25,892 nt of DNA from a virus. Lineage: Duplodnaviria; Caudoviricetes. Positions 24,169 to 25,892 of this stretch are shown here, in pieces. Numbering within the stretch: position 1 is the first letter of the stretch; each line of letters begins with the position of its first letter. Where the stretch lies: positions 1-25,892 of IMG/VR virus record IMGVR_UViG_3300037419_001020. One strand, written 5' to 3'. Under the pieces are notes generated by a model. It saw only the letters and a program-made list of their open reading frames with translations. It was not told the DNA's origin and made no database searches. The translations under genes and the position numbers were made by a program.

Positions 24169-25560
24169 TCAAATAAACTTGATGTCCTTAACTTCGTAAC
24201 TATATTTATATTGAACTCCATGTCTTTCAACAATAAAAGATCCTATTATCATACTAACTAATGTTTTCTTCTCGTATTCTGTTAAACTTGACCAGTTCTC
24301 TTTAATGTTTAATAATAGTTCTTGTATATCTTTTTTTGAATGTGATTGAGATGGAACTATGTTTTGTAGTTTCTGCTGAATCACTTTTTCTTTTTCATTT
24401 TCCTCTTTCATTAACTCGGTGTATTCTTCATCATTCATCATATCGTTTGCCCATGCGTATGACCATTTTTTCCTACGTTTCGCAATTGTTTTTAATTCTT
24501 GTTCTAAATCCCCTGTTTCATCTTCTTGTTCTTCTATTGAAGTGTCAACCTCATCTAAACCTACTTCTGCTTCTATTTTAGTTAATTCTTTTAAGAAAGC
24601 TTCTTCTAATACATCAATCGGAATATTAACATTACAAACCTTTATACTTCTTCCTTTACATCTGTAACTTTTGTATATTTTACCTCTTGTAGTTGTTTTA
24701 GAACCAATTAACGGTCTACCACAGCTACAAGTAGCAATTCCAGAAAAAACATAATCACTAGCTGCTGCTCTTGGGTGCTTTAATGATCTTATTTTCATGT
24801 GTGTTTGTACTTGTTCAAATATTTCTTCACTAACAATAGGTGGGACTGAATCCTCTACTTCAAAGTAGTTAGATGTATTCCTTCCCCAACGTAACGAACC
24901 TTTATAAAGTGGGTTTTTTAAGATTTGATATATCTGTACATCTGACCACTTTGCACCAGGAGTACCAATTAAATCATTTGCTATTTTATAAGTGCTTTGA
25001 CCTTCTATATATCGCATGAAAATCCTTTTAACTATTTTCGCTTCTTCAGGAATGATCGACAATTCACCATTTTCTAAGGAATAGCCAAAAGGCTTCACAT
25101 GTGCAGCGTACTTACCTTGCCTTACCTTTTCCTCTAAACCGACTCTAACACGTTCCCCTATGTTTTCCCTTTCCCACTGTGCTAACGCAGCTACAATGGT
25201 TATAAAAAGCCTTCCCATAGCTGTTGTTGTATCATAGACTTCTGTTGCAGATTTAAACTTACAATCATGTTTATCAAAATGCTCTAACAGTTTATATAGG
25301 TCTAATACAGATCGGGTCAACCTGTCCAATTTATAAACAAGCACACAATCAATCAAACCCATTTTAATATGTTCGTTCATTCGTTGTAATTCTGGTCTGT
25401 CCATATTTTTAGCAGAAATACCTTCATCTATATAAAAACCTATCACTTCCCAATCCTGGGAATCACAATAAGCTTGTAGTCGCTTCTTTTGTGCAGAAAT
25501 CGAATAACCTTCCTGGACTTGTTCTTCAGTTGAAACACGCACATATATTGCAGTTCTCAT
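24169..25560 (-). CDS. Large serine recombinase (phage integrase)
   Basis: AIYVRVST catalytic Ser, DRPELQRM, VYKLDRLTR, AQWERENIGER, PFGY recombinase domain, CSCG...YRC...C zinc ribbon, coiled coil. Start ATG 25560 (RBS AAGGTG). Confidence 0.96.
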   Translation of the reverse strand: MRTAIYVRVSTEEQVQEGYSISAQKKRLQAYCDSQDWEVIGFYIDEGISAKNMDRPELQRMNEHIKMGLIDCVLVYKLDRLTRSVLDLYKLLEHFDKHDCKFKSATEVYDTTTAMGRLFITIVAALAQWERENIGERVRVGLEEKVRQGKYAAHVKPFGYSLENGELSIIPEEAKIVKRIFMRYIEGQSTYKIANDLIGTPGAKWSDVQIYQILKNPLYKGSLRWGRNTSNYFEVEDSVPPIVSEEIFEQVQTHMKIRSLKHPRAAASDYVFSGIATCSCGRPLIGSKTTTRGKIYKSYRCKGRSIKVCNVNIPIDVLEEAFLKELTKIEAEVGLDEVDTSIEEQEDETGDLEQELKTIAKRRKKWSYAWANDMMNDEEYTELMKEENEKEKVIQQKLQNIVPSQSHSKKDIQELLLNIKENWSSLTEYEKKTLVSMIIGSFIVERHGVQYKYSYEVKDIKFI

Positions 25561-25594
25561 AATAATCACCTTATCATTTTTTTATACAGGTAAT

Positions 25595-25603
25595 ATTGTA
25601 TCA
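25595..25603 (-). promoter_or_regulatory. Possible extended -10 promoter of integrase
   Basis: Minus strand reads TG-A-TACAAT about 35 nt upstream of the start codon. Confidence 0.45.
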
Positions 25604-25648
25604 TGTAGTTAGCGTAAGTGTTATGTACTAATTTTACCAAGAACATTT

Positions 25649-25689
25649 AGTTAAGGGGTACTTAATCAACTGTTAAGTAATTATTAACT
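25649..25689. repeat. 41-bp interrupted inverted repeat (att-site or operator candidate)
   Basis: AGTTAA-N4-TACTTAA-N7-TTAAGTA-N4-TTAACT. Confidence 0.6.
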
Positions 25690-25892
25690 TTTTATTAAAA
25701 AGTTGGATGTATATTTAAAAAAGTGAGTATTTATAAGGGTTTGTAGTATTTTGAATAGGGTATTTTTACCTATTTAAAAATTTTGTTTCATAAAAATTTC
25801 GTGTTAATATGAAATTGAATTTCAAAATATCTCAATTTTGAAATATGTACAAAATTGTGGTTGTTTTAGTGAAATCCATAAAGTAATATTTT

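Larger units (their letters stand above)
1..25600. mobile_element. Temperate phage/prophage segment (packaging, head, short tail, lysis, accessory, integrase), podovirus-like
   Basis: Contiguous terminase, portal, capsid, holin, amidase and large serine recombinase genes in phage order; Firmicutes-type strong RBSs (GGAGG). Boundaries not determined; the element extends left of the window. Confidence 0.95.

Noticed and set aside
1147-24667. Antisense and alternate-frame ORFs in the track (e.g. 1147-1431, 1888-2238, 3179-3541, 5147-5554, 14617-14853, 17218-17541, 20102-20299, 24336-24667)
   Set aside because: They lie within well-supported genes, lack recognisable motifs and are typical shadow ORFs.

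Overview
The window is the late half of a temperate Bacillus-type (Firmicutes, AT-rich) phage or prophage with podovirus-like organisation. Order on the + strand: structured non-coding leader, terS, terL, portal, scaffold, major capsid, SGNH esterase, adaptor, nozzle, two fibres, two candidate ejection proteins, holin and endolysin. No tape measure, tail tube or sheath gene is recognisable. An accessory block follows (membrane-anchored Mrr-type nuclease and XRE regulator on the - strand; FtsK/SpoIIIE ATPase plus replication-relaxation protein on the + strand), then a large serine integrase on the - strand. Main signals the ORF track does not explain: (1) a 273-nt ORF-less group I intron (6178-6450) interrupting the major capsid gene, so the real product is a spliced 276-aa protein; (2) an apparently split tail nozzle gene with a phosphodiester-glycosidase fibre gene between the halves; (3) an internal L27-like Prp protease motif (LKLNLQTF/A) at the midpoint of the 1537-aa protein; (4) a cluster of structured RNA-like elements, one tRNA-mimicking, upstream of terS; (5) an FtsK plus relaxase module with a repeat-rich oriT candidate and a sporulation-sigma-like promoter. 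All family calls come from reading motifs by eye; no searches or folding programs were run.
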